A stretch of DNA of 64,000 nucleotides from Octopus sinensis. Lineage: Eukaryota. Positions 1 through 13,640 of this stretch are shown piece by piece; position 1 is the stretch's first letter; every line of letters begins with the position of its first letter. The stretch spans positions 53,258,001 to 53,322,000 of the forward strand of contig NC_043015.1 of the NCBI RefSeq assembly GCF_006345805.1, given 5' to 3'. Under the pieces are notes generated by a model. That model saw only the letters and a list, made by a program, of their open reading frames with translations. It had not been told where the DNA came from and did not search any database. The translations under genes and the position numbers were made by a program.

Positions 1-274
1 AATGGTAATAAGCACGTTTATTTAATTACGTTTCTCAAAATTTTGAATTTAGTTCTGTTATAGATCCACTTGTCTTCCATCTCTTTTAGATGTCGGTAAA
101 ATGACCATTATTGGATAACATATCAGCGGCCCCTAACCTTCTTATAGCTTTGCACATTTCCCCCCTGAAACTTCAGGCACATAATATCATTTACATGCTT
201 TGTATGGCGTATAAGTGGCCGAGATCACAACACCCTTCTTTTTAACGGACACCGGACGTCAAGGGTTTAAAGGG

Positions 275-450
275 AACAATTTTGAGTAGAGGGGACAAAT
301 CACTTACGTGGATGAACCTCAGAGCTAGACCTAAAAGGATGAAAGGCAAAGTTGACCTCGGCGGAAATTGAACTTGAAACGTAAATAGTTGTAAGATATA
401 TAGCTAAGCATTTTGTCTATGGCGGTAACGATTGCCCCAGTTCGGCGCCT
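275..450 (-). mobile_element. tRNA-derived SINE family 1 (decayed)
   Basis: aaaggatgaaaggcaaagttgacctcggcggaaattgaact is the reverse complement of the B box and central domain. Confidence 0.7.
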
Positions 451-1171
451 TTTGTACCTCTTTAGAGATCAATAATTTAGTAGACGCTATTTGCCTTTCA
501 TCTTGCGAGAGGTCGATAAAATAAATGGCCGATCAAGTAGGTATCATGATTGATTATATCGATACTGCACTCTGCTTAAATCAGTGGCATTGTGTTAAGG
601 TTAGAAACCAATATTTTATGGCAGAATTCTGTTTATGGAATAAATTATTGAGAGGTTAGTCTTTAGAGGGGTGAACCTTGAAGCATACACAAACTCACAT
701 ATTCACACACACATATGTATATATTCACACGCACACACACATACACACACACACCAGCACATACATACACCAGCACATAAAGTCACACACACAGAAATAC
801 ACTCATTCACACTCACATACAAATATTTAAATATACTCCTACACACATACTTAAAGACATATACACACTCACATACACGCACAATACACACACCTTCTCA
901 CACACACTCTCATACACGGCATCAACACCTTATGCACATTCAAGAACATTCACACACACACATTTTATCACACATGCTAACATATTCACCGTCAGACACA
1001 GACATACAGACAGACACACAAACTCTAACACTTACACATTCACACATCCTCTCACGCACACACACATACATACTCATCTGTATACACACGCAGTCATATG
1101 TTCACACTCTCAAACGCACTCAAACAAACAAACAAACACACAACTTGATTTATATGTATCGAAGTCTTTAA

Positions 1172-1388
1172 TATTTAAACCGGTTATTCCCGGCCCAAAT
1201 ATTCTACTGTTTTACGTTCAAATTGGCTAGATCCAGCCTTTCACACACACCCTACATTGTTATTCTAAAAAGTAAACCATCACATCATTGAAATATCAAA
1301 TCTAGGATATAATGTATGATTAATTCAAAACGATATGAATGCATAAGCATTACATTTGATCGAATAATCTGAATGATAAAGAATTATG
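1172..1388. mobile_element. piggyBac-like MITE remnant
   Basis: Matches my recollection of a ~230-bp repeat ending ...AATCTGAATGCTAAAGGGTTAA; here the end is degenerate (aatgataaagaatta). Confidence 0.45.
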
Positions 1389-1447
1389 ACTTACTTGACT
1401 CTTCCAAACGGTATTAATGGAATGAGTGATGGGACTGATAAGAATAA

Positions 1448-1665
1448 TGGTTTCAAATTTTAGCACAGCGCCAATAATTTCGGTGGCGGTAGGATGAAGT
1501 CGATTACATCGACCCCAGTACTCAGCTGGTACTTATTTTATCGACCTCTGAAAAAATGAAAGCAAAGTCGACCTCAGTCAGATTTGAACGCAGAACGTAA
1601 AGATGAACGAAATGCTGGTAAGAGTTTTCCCTGGGCTGTTAATGCTTCTGCCGGCTCACCGCATT
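1448..1665 (-). mobile_element. SINE family 1
   Basis: Carries the family core GTCGACTTTGCCTTTCATCCTTTCGGGGTCGATAAATTAAGTACCAG (rc) with A/B-box head. Confidence 0.8.
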
Positions 1666-2094
1666 AAGAGGGATAATAATGAATCGCCAATAGGATTTGA
1701 AAAGTAAATTTCCTTTTCTGGGAATTTGGAAAATATTTCATGTTCTAATCGTGTTACCATAGGGACTGAAGTTGATTTTGAATTTTATGGTGATTTATTA
1801 TATTTTATTTAATTCGCTGTATGTCAAGGAAGGAGCAGTGACCACGTGTATGGCAGGCCATTATTGACCATTATTGTTGTTGCTATTAATGTTTAGTTTA
1901 AAGGAAACACCTGTAGATCAATTCCCTGCAGGAAAGAGATGAGTAGGGAGGAGATTTCAGAGGGATTAATATCTGGGGAGGGGGAAGAAGGATTGGACAT
2001 TGTGATTAGTCTAAGGAATCAAGTGGTTAGAGCGAGCGTAGAAAAATAGCGAGACGGGCGGGTCGGTGGTGCCCGAGGTTCTGGAGCTCACTGA

Positions 2095-2175
2095 GTGGTG
2101 GCGTGCCTGGATGGCGTGGTGGCGTGCCTGGAAGGCGTGGTGACGTGCCTGGATGGAGTGGTGGCGTGTACTCAA
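2095..2175. repeat. 21-bp GC-rich minisatellite x3.5
   Basis: tggtggcgtgcctggatggcg. Confidence 0.85.
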
Positions 2176-3019
2176 GGATGCTTCACTGATGTGTTCGTGG
2201 GTGCTTGAAGAGTGGGGTAGAATGGACCATAGATGCCTAGCTGAGGAAAGTTGATAATTTCCGTTTGTCAGCCACAATTTAACCCCAACAGGTCGGTTTT
2301 AACAAACCAGACGTCTGTCAAATCCGGGTCAATCAACTAATATATCTATGGAAGCAATTATAAGTATCTATATAGGCGACTTGGTGACATGATAACTCAA
2401 CTGTAAACCCGAAACGTGTGCAACTAATATAAAAAGCTTCTCATACAAAATGTTATATTCTATCACCGAAAACGTTTTCATGATCTCGTTTTTTAGCAAC
2501 AATTATCGGTTGCTATTCAGTTTATGAGCAGCAATCTGAGAAGGGACTAATTTAGCAAAAATTCATATAGGTTTGTACTGAGTCATGCGTAGATCCTCGA
2601 ATTTTTTTGTTTCTTTTTGTCTGAGGCTGCTCTTGCTACTGCTAATAACGGAGAAGCTATTGCCAAAACACCTTTCCACGCCATCGTCTTTTCCGTCTAA
2701 TCCACTGGCACAATGATCGTTTATCCTCTAAGATGCAACGTCGGCATCAACACCTTTCCAACCATTCAATTAGCACAACATCCCGTTTATCACCGTGGCA
2801 CAGTGACGTCAAATGTCGTTTAAGCGAGCGAACGAACAGGCGTCTACACGTGTGTCTATACCAAGATATTTCCGGCCATTCAACAGCTCGTTCATCTACC
2901 CAGGTATGTAGGCATCAATAAACGTCACTATATCACCACCTTCCCAAACATTCATTTAACACAACATTCCATTCATCGTCCAGATACATTGGCTTCAACG
3001 CACATGTCAACGTCAACAT

Positions 3020-3213
3020 ATTTCAAATTTTGGCACAAGTCCAACACGTTTGGGGATGGGTTCAAGTTGGTTACATCGATCCCACTACCCAACAAGTATT
3101 TATTCAATTGAACCCGAAAGGATAAAAAAAAAGCAAAGCTAACCTCAGCGGAATTAGAACTCAGAACGTAAAGACGGGCGAAATGCGGCCAAGCATTTTT
3201 CCCGGCGTGCTAC
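3020..3213 (-). mobile_element. SINE family 1 with possible TSD gtcaacgtc
   Basis: Family core present; gtcaacgtc at 3006-3014 and 3214-3222. Confidence 0.75.
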
Positions 3214-3486
3214 GTCAACGTCGAACACATTGACAATTCGACAGGCACAGTGGTCCCTTTGTCAGCTCAGATACATTGGGCGTCTGTAGAGCTTTCTATA
3301 CTAATACATTTTTGATTAGACAGGCGATGCAACAATTGTTCTTGTATCTAACATACATAGGCTCCAAAAGACGAGTCTACGTCCAAACCTTTCTTGCCAT
3401 TCAACCAGCAGAAGAGCCCTGTCAGCTTTTAGATATACTGGCGTTAACAGATATGTCTGTCAACCTTGTCCGACCATTTTATACAG

Positions 3487-3560
3487 GGGTTGGGAAACTT
3501 TGCGACGGGCAAAAATTTACAAAGAAAAATGTCCGCGGGCGGATCACAAGTTCTAACTCC
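3487..3560. mobile_element. hAT-type MITE left end
   Basis: CAGGGGTTGGGAAACTTT resembles a hAT TIR. Confidence 0.4.
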
Positions 3561-5223
3561 TCTATCTGTGTAAATCTTGTATATATCTATGTATAATTCG
3601 ATATACATTAATAAAGATAAGTTTAACACATTAAATTAACACGTAACCTTTTCATTAATGTCGCCACTGAATTTAGGACGTTCATATTACTTATGAGGTC
3701 TTCTATACTTTTCAGCAAGAGTGTAGTTGCGTCTCAAGGGGGTGGTACAAACCTAGCAATATGTGTTTTATAGTGAAAATAAAATTTCCATTCAAATGGC
3801 AATTACCGGACGATTTTCTATTCGAGTCTGACCGTTTTAACTCGTAGTGGAAACACGACCTATGTCGCAAATAGACATACGAATATTGTATAAATTTTAT
3901 AATTGAAAAATTTATTATATTTTGTACATACGAGTATATCAGCCTGCGGGTACAATAAAATGGGCCCGCATGGGTTTCCCCACCCCAGATTTAATGGATG
4001 CAAAAGCTGTTTATCTACCAGGCAGCTGTGGCATCAACAGACATGTCAATACACCAATTAAAGTACAAGAGTTTTCAACATATTTTTTTTAATCCAATTT
4101 TGTTTTTGCAGCATTTGAAAAACAGGTTAGATATGGATCAACCTGCTCACCAGATGGCGTTACAAGTCAATGGATCACTTCTGAATTTTACGATACAATT
4201 TTCTCTTAGAACCTTAGAACCTTAAGTTACCTGCCTTGGGACACGGGGAAAAACAAACGTCCGATGAGAGAATACGAAACAGTCAAACGCCATTTTGACT
4301 CGTATTCTGTTAAATGTAATTCATATTTATTCCCACATCTTTTTTCAGTTAATCTTGCATTATCTTGGGGCTTTGACATTTTGATGGCGTAACTGTTAAT
4401 ATATAAAATGATGTAGGGTTGATGTGAGAGGCCAGATTTGGCCACTTTGAACATAAAAAGGGTAGAATATTGAAGCTAGACATGCCCAGTTTAAATAACA
4501 AAAGTCTAAATTCCGTACAACTTACATTCCTGGTAATCGATAAAAATATTAACAATTAAGTGCTTTATTTACTTACTCGAATAATCTCTCCTCATAATAT
4601 ATAAATTTGCTTCCTCCTTTTGATAAAAGTTAAGGCTTGATTTGAGAGATATTCAACTGCTGTTTCAAGCTGGCTGAACAACCACAAACACACAACTCTG
4701 AGCGCACTCTCGTTAGCTCGACAATTTGTTTGGTTTATTTCATAGATAATTTTTGTCTTCTACTAGTCCGTCCATTGAAGTACCCATTATTGATAATGTC
4801 TAGGTTTATACTTGTAAAATACCTTAAGGTAATATAATACAATGTCGGCGGGGGATAATATTAGTCTGTTCTTTCCTGAGTAATGACTTAATGACGAAGA
4901 GAATTTTGTGTTGTTTCTTTTTGGCTGTTTATCGCAGAGATCTCTTTGTGTGCACGTATCGCTGGTTATAGGACGCTATTATGATTTTATGACTTCGTGT
5001 TATGTATTTATGCGGTATAGTGTCTGGCTTGTCCTTAAGTAGAGTCTACTACGAATATAGTGAAAAAAAATCTACTTCTACTAGTCTAGTACTTAACACA
5101 ATCTAAAGAGGTTAAAACATTAAGAAGCATACAACTATAACCGATACACATAAATATCCGTATGTATAGATATAGATACAAGTACGTCTATACATATGTA
5201 TGTATGTATATATATATATATAA

Positions 5224-5324
<101 letters not shown>

Positions 5325-5423
5325 GTATATGTATATATATATATATATATAATATATATATATAATATATATATATATATACGTATTTATGTATTTCCTA
5401 ATATTTGTGTATCTACAGATATA

Positions 5424-5466
<43 letters not shown>

Positions 5467-7234
5467 TGTGTGTGTATGCACACATGTGTATAAATGTATA
5501 TATTTACGTAAAAAGTCTTTACGTATATTTTTAATCACGTATAAATATACGAATACATATGTGCATATGTGTTTGTGTATATAATCGTGTACATATATAA
5601 TGAGATATATACACATACAAGCACGCACGCCTACACACATTTATATGCACTATACACGTATACATATACACGTACACACACACACGTAATCTCCTGTACG
5701 CTTCGCAGGTTTCTGTGTGAGATGCAGAAATTTAGATTTTATTTAGTATATAAGAAGAAAAAATTATTAACAACATCAATGCGATTGTGACGCAGAGACT
5801 AAGCGCGACAATGAATGATAGCGAGCGAGAGAAGGACAGAGAGAGGGAGGGAGAGAAGGAGAGAAGCGGGGATACAGAGAGAGAGAGAGAGAGAGATGGG
5901 TGAAATAGAAAGAAAGACGGAGAAATAGATTAAAGGAAAAGACATTGTTGTATAAAGACTGAAAGAGGGAGAGGAAGAGAGAGAGAAAGAGAGAGAATTA
6001 TGGCGAGGAAGAGGGAGACAGAGTCATAGGGGTGGGGGCAAATAGAAAAAAAGATGGAGAAATAGAAATAGCTAAGAAAAAATGAAGAAAGAGAGAGAGA
6101 GAGAGATGTCATTTAAGGTAAAGAAATGTAAAAAATCATATACGAGGAAAATTGAGCCTTAAAGTGTAGAATGCGGACTGAAATAGGCAAAAGGGGAACG
6201 ATTTACCTTGTCTATGGTAATATTTTGGTAGCATGGCCAGACTCTGATCCCAGCAAAACCATTTGCTTACACCTAGAGGACAAGTTTAAGATTTTCGGTT
6301 CTAGGTAGCTAGGATCTTTGTGGCTTTTGTCACTATTTACAATTTTCTTACAATTGTTTTCAGATTTGGTATATCGATTAAGTTTTGTATACTAATTAAG
6401 TAAAGGAAATTCATTTTCCCTATAAATCCGTAAGTAAAAAGTTATTATCCTTTAATATTTGCAAAAATTGGATATTTTAACCAACCAGAAGCAAATATTT
6501 TACACACCACCGAGGCCAAGAACTGTTTCCATAGTAACCAAAGCAAAGAAGCACCACATGTTGCATAGCTGATTGCGAAGAGCTCTGTTTCCATAGTAAC
6601 CAAAGATGCTGCGCATGCACACAGGGAAGAGAAGGAGATAAGAGAGAGATAATTTATTTTATAAAATGCTATAATGTACTGCAAACATTCGTACTCGAAT
6701 TTTTCAACTAATAAATGTCTGTTTTAAACAATTTTTTACTATATTTCTAGCAACTCCTGTTGGTTTGTTTGTTCGTAGCTTCTAAATATTTAATTTGCTC
6801 GCGTAGCTCGTTTAATGTTTTGATATACCGATGCCCCCCCCCCCCCCATGATGGAATAGGCTGTCCGCGCTGTTTTATGATGACAATTCTGAAAATTATT
6901 AAACTTTGAACACTTATAACATTTTTGCAAAATTTTTCTAGAATAAATAAATAACAAATTCGGATTCGGCGTCAAAAATTTTTTAAAGACGTTTGTAAAG
7001 AGTGACGAAACCACAAAGATCAGAAACCTTGCTTCCAGAGTTTACGCGCGCAAATATCACATATACGCGTCTAGATATTTACATCGAAATGAAATGTTGA
7101 AATGGTGCTCATCAAAATGTATTTCTCATAAGATTAGATTATTTTTCATCGCATATGTAACTTGCCATTGAGTACAAATCGATTACTATAATAATACCAA
7201 TCTACGCTTTGGTAATCTAGATGTCTCAGAACAG

Positions 7235-7592
7235 TGATAAGAGGAACCCTGAAAGGATGAAAGGCTAAATCAACTTCGGCGGAATTTGAACTCAAAACGT
7301 AAAGACGGACGAAATATATCTAAGCATTTTCTCCGAAGTGCTAATGATTCTGCCATTCGCCGACTTACTCCTCGGCTTCGAATTTTGGCGCAAGGACAGC
7401 AATTTCAGGGTAAGGGCTACGTCGATTACATCGACCCCGATACTCAACTGCTACATAATTTATCAACCCCCGAGAAGATGAAAGGCAAAGTCGACCCCGG
7501 CAGAATTTGAATTCAGAACGTCGTAGTGACCGGTGAAGTGTTGCTAATCATTTTGTGCGGCATAATAACGATTCTGCCAGCTCACCGCCTTT
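7235..7592 (-). mobile_element. Two tandem SINE family 1 copies
   Basis: Core repeated at ~7250 and ~7480. Confidence 0.8.
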
Positions 7593-8113
7593 TCCCTTGA
7601 AAACATATTGAGTATACATATTCCTAACGATGGCTTCACCGTTCTGAATCATACAAGCACGGTTCCCTTCAGATCTTGAAATCGCTCTGAGTCAAAATTT
7701 CTGAATCAAAAATGCAACCTAGAGAAGAGTAAGGATTCCGAAAGCTGTTGGCAGGTTCGATCGATCAAAATCTAAAAAACAAAAAAATTAATAATACCGA
7801 TGAAATCGATAATTCGGAATATTATTATTTATTATTCCATTGACGAAATAACCAACGATGATGCAATCTTCCCAGAAGATCTTAAATATGAAAATTTGTT
7901 GTTAATCCAATAATATTCCGATTATGTGGAGCAATAAATAAGCTTAATCTAAGGATCTGTTTCACGAATTCATTTGTCGATTGCGCAATGCAAATTGCGC
8001 TGGTTTGGCCAGAGGAACAGACCCGTGCCTATCGAAAATATGTAACCACATATGGAAGAGCATTCATTCTCCCTTGCTCATTCTGTTTCTTCCTCGCTCT
8101 TCTTAGGTCACAT

Positions 8114-8148
<35 letters not shown>

Positions 8149-8179
8149 CCTTATAGGCACACAGATGCACATACACATA

Positions 8180-8205
8180 TACGAGGGGGTGCTGAAAAGT
8201 TCCTG
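8180..8205. mobile_element. Isolated mariner TIR
   Basis: TACGAGGGGGTGCTGAAAAGTTCCTG. Confidence 0.5.
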
Positions 8206-8207
8206 TT

Positions 8208-8260
<53 letters not shown>

Positions 8261-8348
8261 TGTGTGTGTGTGCGTGTGTGTAAATGCGCGTCTGTAATTC
8301 TATTTTCTATGTATTTTTCTAAATATACACAAACAAACGCATATATAC

Positions 8349-8397
<49 letters not shown>

Positions 8398-8427
8398 CAT
8401 TATTATCATTATTTTGTTGTTGTTGTT

Positions 8428-8936
8428 GAGTGAGAGAGCAGTGCATGCCATCAAAGTAACACTGGGGTAAAATATACGAAGCCCAGTATACCCATCTGAT
8501 AAGGGTACACCAGACACATGCCTCACAACCATATATATGTGAGTGACAAGGTGATCTCATATTAAGATAAACAGCGTATGATCTTGAAGGTGGGGACCAG
8601 TTAACATTTTCATCAGGGCGAGTAGCTTATCTCAGTCAATGGGCCCCTTGAAGAAGGTCTGTTTAAGGATGTTGACCGAAACGCTCATGTTTCCAAAGGT
8701 AAATTATCCGAGCGTCTAAGAAGTCCTCTCAACACATGACTATGATTCTCCCCCACTACTTCTCCTCGTGATCAGAGATGTACATGCCGTCAGCCGCTAA
8801 GGGAAATGCTCAGCAGATTAAGGTCAAACAACTGACAAGCAAATCTGTGGTATTGAGCAGAATATTTTCTGTAGCCCATCTTTTATACCAAGACAAAACA
8901 GTGTACATGATAACACTTCCAATCGGTTAAGATCAG
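8428..8936 (-). mobile_element. Diverged copy 3 of the 546-bp element, lacking its first ~30 nt and fused to a Dong-like fragment
   Basis: The reverse complement matches 46560-47075 with many substitutions. Junction reads cacatcct|gatcttaac. Confidence 0.8.
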
Positions 8937-9584
8937 GATGTGTGCAGTGCCTAGTAGTGCAATTTTCTGTATGTTATATGTGTTTTTAAGTCCTGGTGTT
9001 TTTGTTATGTATTTGTCTGAATATTTTTTTATCATGCCTAATGCACCTACTATGATAGGAATTGTTTCTGTTTTTAGATTCCACATTCTGGTTACTCTAT
9101 TTCCAGGTCTTTGTATTTTGAAAGTTTCTCCATTTCTTTTAGAGACACGTTGTCATCTGCCGGTATTGATACATCAATTAGAAAGCATTTTTTTTCTTCA
9201 TGATCTCTGACAACTATATCTGGTCTGTTGGCCTTAAATTCTCTATCTGTGTGTATCGGCATATCCCAGAGTATGGTTGCTTTCTCGTTTTCTGTGACCT
9301 TTTCTGGTGTGTGCCTATACCATCTTTTTTCTGTTGTTATTCCATAATGTTGGCTTAGCTTCCAGTGTATGTAGGTTCCAACTCTGTCATGTCTGTGAAT
9401 ATATTCCTTCTTAGCCAGGACTGGGCAGCCAGAGATAATATGATTTATTGTTTCTTGTCCATCTCCACATATTCTGCAGTTACTTGTTATATTTCTTTTC
9501 ATTACATGTTTTTGGTAATTTCTGGTGGGGAGGCTTTGGTCTTGTGCTGCAATTAAAAATCCCTCTATCTCTGCTTTGAGTCCT
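8937..9584 (-). mobile_element. R4/Dong-like non-LTR retrotransposon 3' fragment (CCHC finger plus restriction-like endonuclease)
   Basis: ORFs 9092-9502 (CRICGDGQETINHIISGC...HDRV...RPDIVV...IDVSIP) and 8883-9086 (IQKIALLGTAHIL). The 5' truncation falls directly into (AAT)n. Confidence 0.85.
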
Positions 9585-9636
9585 ATTATTATTATTGTTA
9601 TTGTTATTATTATTAGTATTATTATTATTATTGTTA

Positions 9637-9683
<47 letters not shown>

Positions 9684-9808
9684 GTTTTTGCTGTTGTTAT
9701 TGTTATTATTGTTATTGTTATTATTATTATTATTATTATTGTTGTTATTATTAATATTCTTTATTACTTGTGCTACCCCTGTTGCTGTTGTTGCTGTTGC
9801 TGCTGCTG

Positions 9809-9845
<37 letters not shown>

Positions 9846-10665
9846 CACTACTACTTCTAGTAGTAGTAACGATGATGATGATGACAGTGAAGTTGATGAC
9901 AACAACGATGAGGATGACGACACGGACGATGAAGATGAGGGCAACAACGATGACGACGACGACGGCAATGATGATGAGGCGGGGATGAGGATGATGATGA
10001 CGATGATGATGATGATGATGACGACGACGACGACGATAATGATGATGGTGATGGTAGTGGTCGTGATGGTCGTGGTGTTGAATAAACAAACAAATAAAAA
10101 CAAGTGCTTTTGGTGGGGCGGTCGGGCTTGGATATGTGGGCTGTGGTGTTGGTGGTATTGCAGTTGGTGGGGTTTGTGATGATAGTGGTGGTGGTGGTGG
10201 TGGTGGTGGTGGTTATGATTAGTAAAACGTAAGCAATAAATTCTGGCGATGTTTTCTGATCTATAAATCAATGTATTCAACGAAAAACATCAACAACCAT
10301 CCTTTTTCCCCCTATCCCGCTCCCACCAAAAACAAAAATAATAAACAACACAAAAATACAAAACACCAGTAAACAAATAAACAAGCTTAAACACCATAAG
10401 AACAAAAACTTTAAAAAATAGACAAAGGAAAAATTTCACATTTCCATACAAATAGCTGATAGGTTTGTGAAATATTAATATTCATTAACAAGTATAGCGA
10501 CGTTATATCTGAGGCATGTGTCTCCGTGTTCCATCAAATTGATTTATTCAATTAACAATATAACAATAACAACAAGATTAGTAAAAAAAAAAATAAATAA
10601 TAATAATAATAATAAAAACAACAACAACAACAACAATAATAATAATAATAATAATGATGATGATA

Positions 10666-10730
<65 letters not shown>

Positions 10731-11549
10731 TTGGTAGCAGCAGCAATAGTAGTAGTATTAGAAGCAGCAGTAGTGGTCGTAGTAGCAGTAGTAGTAGTAG
10801 TTACTACTACTACTACTGCTGCTGATGCTGCTGCTGCTGCTGCTTCTGCTACTACTACTACTACTATTAGTAATAATAATAATAATAATAATGATGATGG
10901 TAATAATAATAATAATAATAATAGTAAAAATAACACTAACATGATATTGATAACAGTAATAATTGTAATAGTAATGACGATGAGGAAGAGGGTGATGATG
11001 ATGAAGAAAATGATGATGATGAGGATAATGATGATGATGATGATGATGATGATGACGTTGATGGCTGTGATGATGACGAATACGTCAATAAAGACAACAA
11101 CGATTATGATGATGATCATCATCATCGTCGTGATCATGATGATGATGACGATGATGATGATCATGATAATCATGATCATGATCATGCTGATATGGAAAAC
11201 AACAATAAAAATTATGAAGAACAATTAAAAAAATATATAAATATATATAAAAAATAACAAACTTTTCCATACAATTTTCTGTACGGTCTGCTATTTATTG
11301 AGGTTTTTGTCTATAATGTCTTGTGTTCTTTATATTCCCGGTACCAGAACCAAAGACCTAAACGAAACCAGTCCACACCAAACCATCCCTGCCGTCACCC
11401 ACCCCTCACACACACACACACACACACCGCAAAAAAACACTACAAAACAACAAATACAACACTGTTTCTTGTTTCCGAAATAAATTTTCAATCGATTAGT
11501 TTCACCTATTTTCAAAACAACAGCAACAACAACAACAACAACTGCAACA

Positions 11550-11613
<64 letters not shown>

Positions 11614-11813
11614 TAATAATGATAATAATAATAATAATAATAATAATATTAATAATAATAATAATAATAATAATAGTAATAATTATTATAATAATAATAA
11701 TAAATTGACGTTCTAAAAAACAGACTCAGTAGCCCCGAAATATATAAAAAAATTCAGACGATAATTGCTCTGGCGAAAATTTGAAAAGACTCTAAACTGC
11801 AATAACAACCACG

Positions 11814-11847
<34 letters not shown>

Positions 11848-11860
11848 CGGTAACAGGAAC
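9585..11860. repeat. Compound trinucleotide microsatellite field (ATT/GAT/GTA/AAT/CAA)
   Basis: Source of the homopolymeric ORFs at 9480-11716. Confidence 0.95.
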
Positions 11861-12367
11861 CGCGGCAGCAAAAACAATGGTGAATTTTATGATCTACAAA
11901 ATAATAAAGAAGAATAAAAGCATTGCTCGTGCATCAGGTGATTCGGTGCAGACTGATGGAATATTTTTGTGAAGCATTTGTAGTCTGTTGTAGAAATTCT
12001 TCACAAACAAACACCGTTACACACACCCACTTTAATTACGCTGATTAACCTAGCATGTAAGTAGTGGCACATACATACATACATACATACATATATACAT
12101 ACAAACATACATGCATACATACATACATACACACATACATACATGCATACATATATACGTACATACATATATGAATGCATGCATGCATACATATATACAT
12201 ATATACATACATGCATACATACATATGTACATACATACGTATATATATATATACATACATACATACATACATACATACATACATGCATACATGTATACAT
12301 ATATACGTACATACATATATGAATGCATGCTTGCATACATACATGCATACATACATATGTACATACA

Positions 12368-12400
<33 letters not shown>

Positions 12401-12486
12401 GCATACATACGGACATACACATCCGCGCGTGCACACACATGCGAATTCGGCGATTAAGCAAAACTCACATCGTGTATGTGCGATCG

Positions 12487-12533
<47 letters not shown>

Positions 12534-12724
12534 TGTATGTATGTATGTATGTATATGTATATATGTATATATATATATATGTATATGTGTATATATATAT
12601 ATATGTATATGCATATATATATGTATATATATTGTTACACATACAAATAGATATATCCATACATATATCAATGTACATACATGTATTATTATATACATGA
12701 ATAAATACATATACATACATATAT

Positions 12725-12804
<80 letters not shown>

Positions 12805-13149
12805 GATATATATATATATATATATAATATATATATATATATATACGCAAGTGTATATATATACAAGTATAAAATTATTTATGTATAAGCATGTGAGTAT
12901 GTGTATGTGTGTGAGTGTGTGTTTCTGTTTTTGTGTGTGACTAATAATATTATTAATGTTGACTTCAAAGGTTCGAAGGTCGTGGCTTATTGAAATTGGT
13001 AGGGCTTTATGAATAAGGCATGAAAGACCAAACTTCGCAAATCACAGTCAATAGCCTCTTAATTATAATGTTATTCTGTACACATCTTCTAGGTCAATAT
13101 CTCTTACTTTCATGCAGATAAAAGTACAACTTCTCTATTCATTGATGTA

Positions 13150-13192
<43 letters not shown>

Positions 13193-13296
13193 GTACGTAG
13201 AGGCCAAACATGTGAATCTAAGTCACATGCGTTTCATTCCCGGAAATTTTCTCTCTTTTCTTCTTCACTTCCTTATCTGTCCTGGACCTATTTTTC

Positions 13297-13331
13297 GTAT
13301 CTGACGAAGTACTATATACGAAACGTTATAC
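13297..13331 (+). ncRNA. Minimal Penelope-type hammerhead motif
   Basis: GTAT-CTGACGA-A-GTA-CTATA-TAC-GAAA-CGTT-ATAC. Helix I 4 bp, intact core plus an extra A, helix II 3 bp, palindromic ACGU helix III. Confidence 0.6.
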
Positions 13332-13377
13332 TTTTACTATGTAAGTTTTCTTCCTTCTTTGAGCGTTAACCTGATAT

Positions 13378-13640
13378 TAGTTTCAAATTTTAGCACAAGG
13401 CTATTAATTTCGTGGACCCAAGTTTTCAGCTGGTACTTGTTTGATCGACCCCGAAAGGACGAAAAGGCAAAGTCGACCTCGATGGAATAATATGATTATT
13501 GGTTTCCAATTTTGGCACAAGGCCAGCAATTTCGCCATTGGGAGTAAGTCGATTACTTTGACCCCAGTGTTCGAATGGTAATTATTTTATCGATCCTGAG
13601 AGGATGAACTACAAATCGAACGCATCGGTGTGAACCTAAT
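13378..13640 (-). mobile_element. Two tandem partial SINE family 1 copies
   Basis: ggtttccaattttggcacaaggccagcaatt and gatcgaccccgaaagga motifs occur twice. Confidence 0.75.

Noticed and set aside
4258-4296. CCGATGAG...CGAAACAGTC hammerhead look-alike
   Set aside because: Helix I cannot form. The segment instead pairs with downstream sequence as a short inverted repeat (agaatacg...cgtattct).
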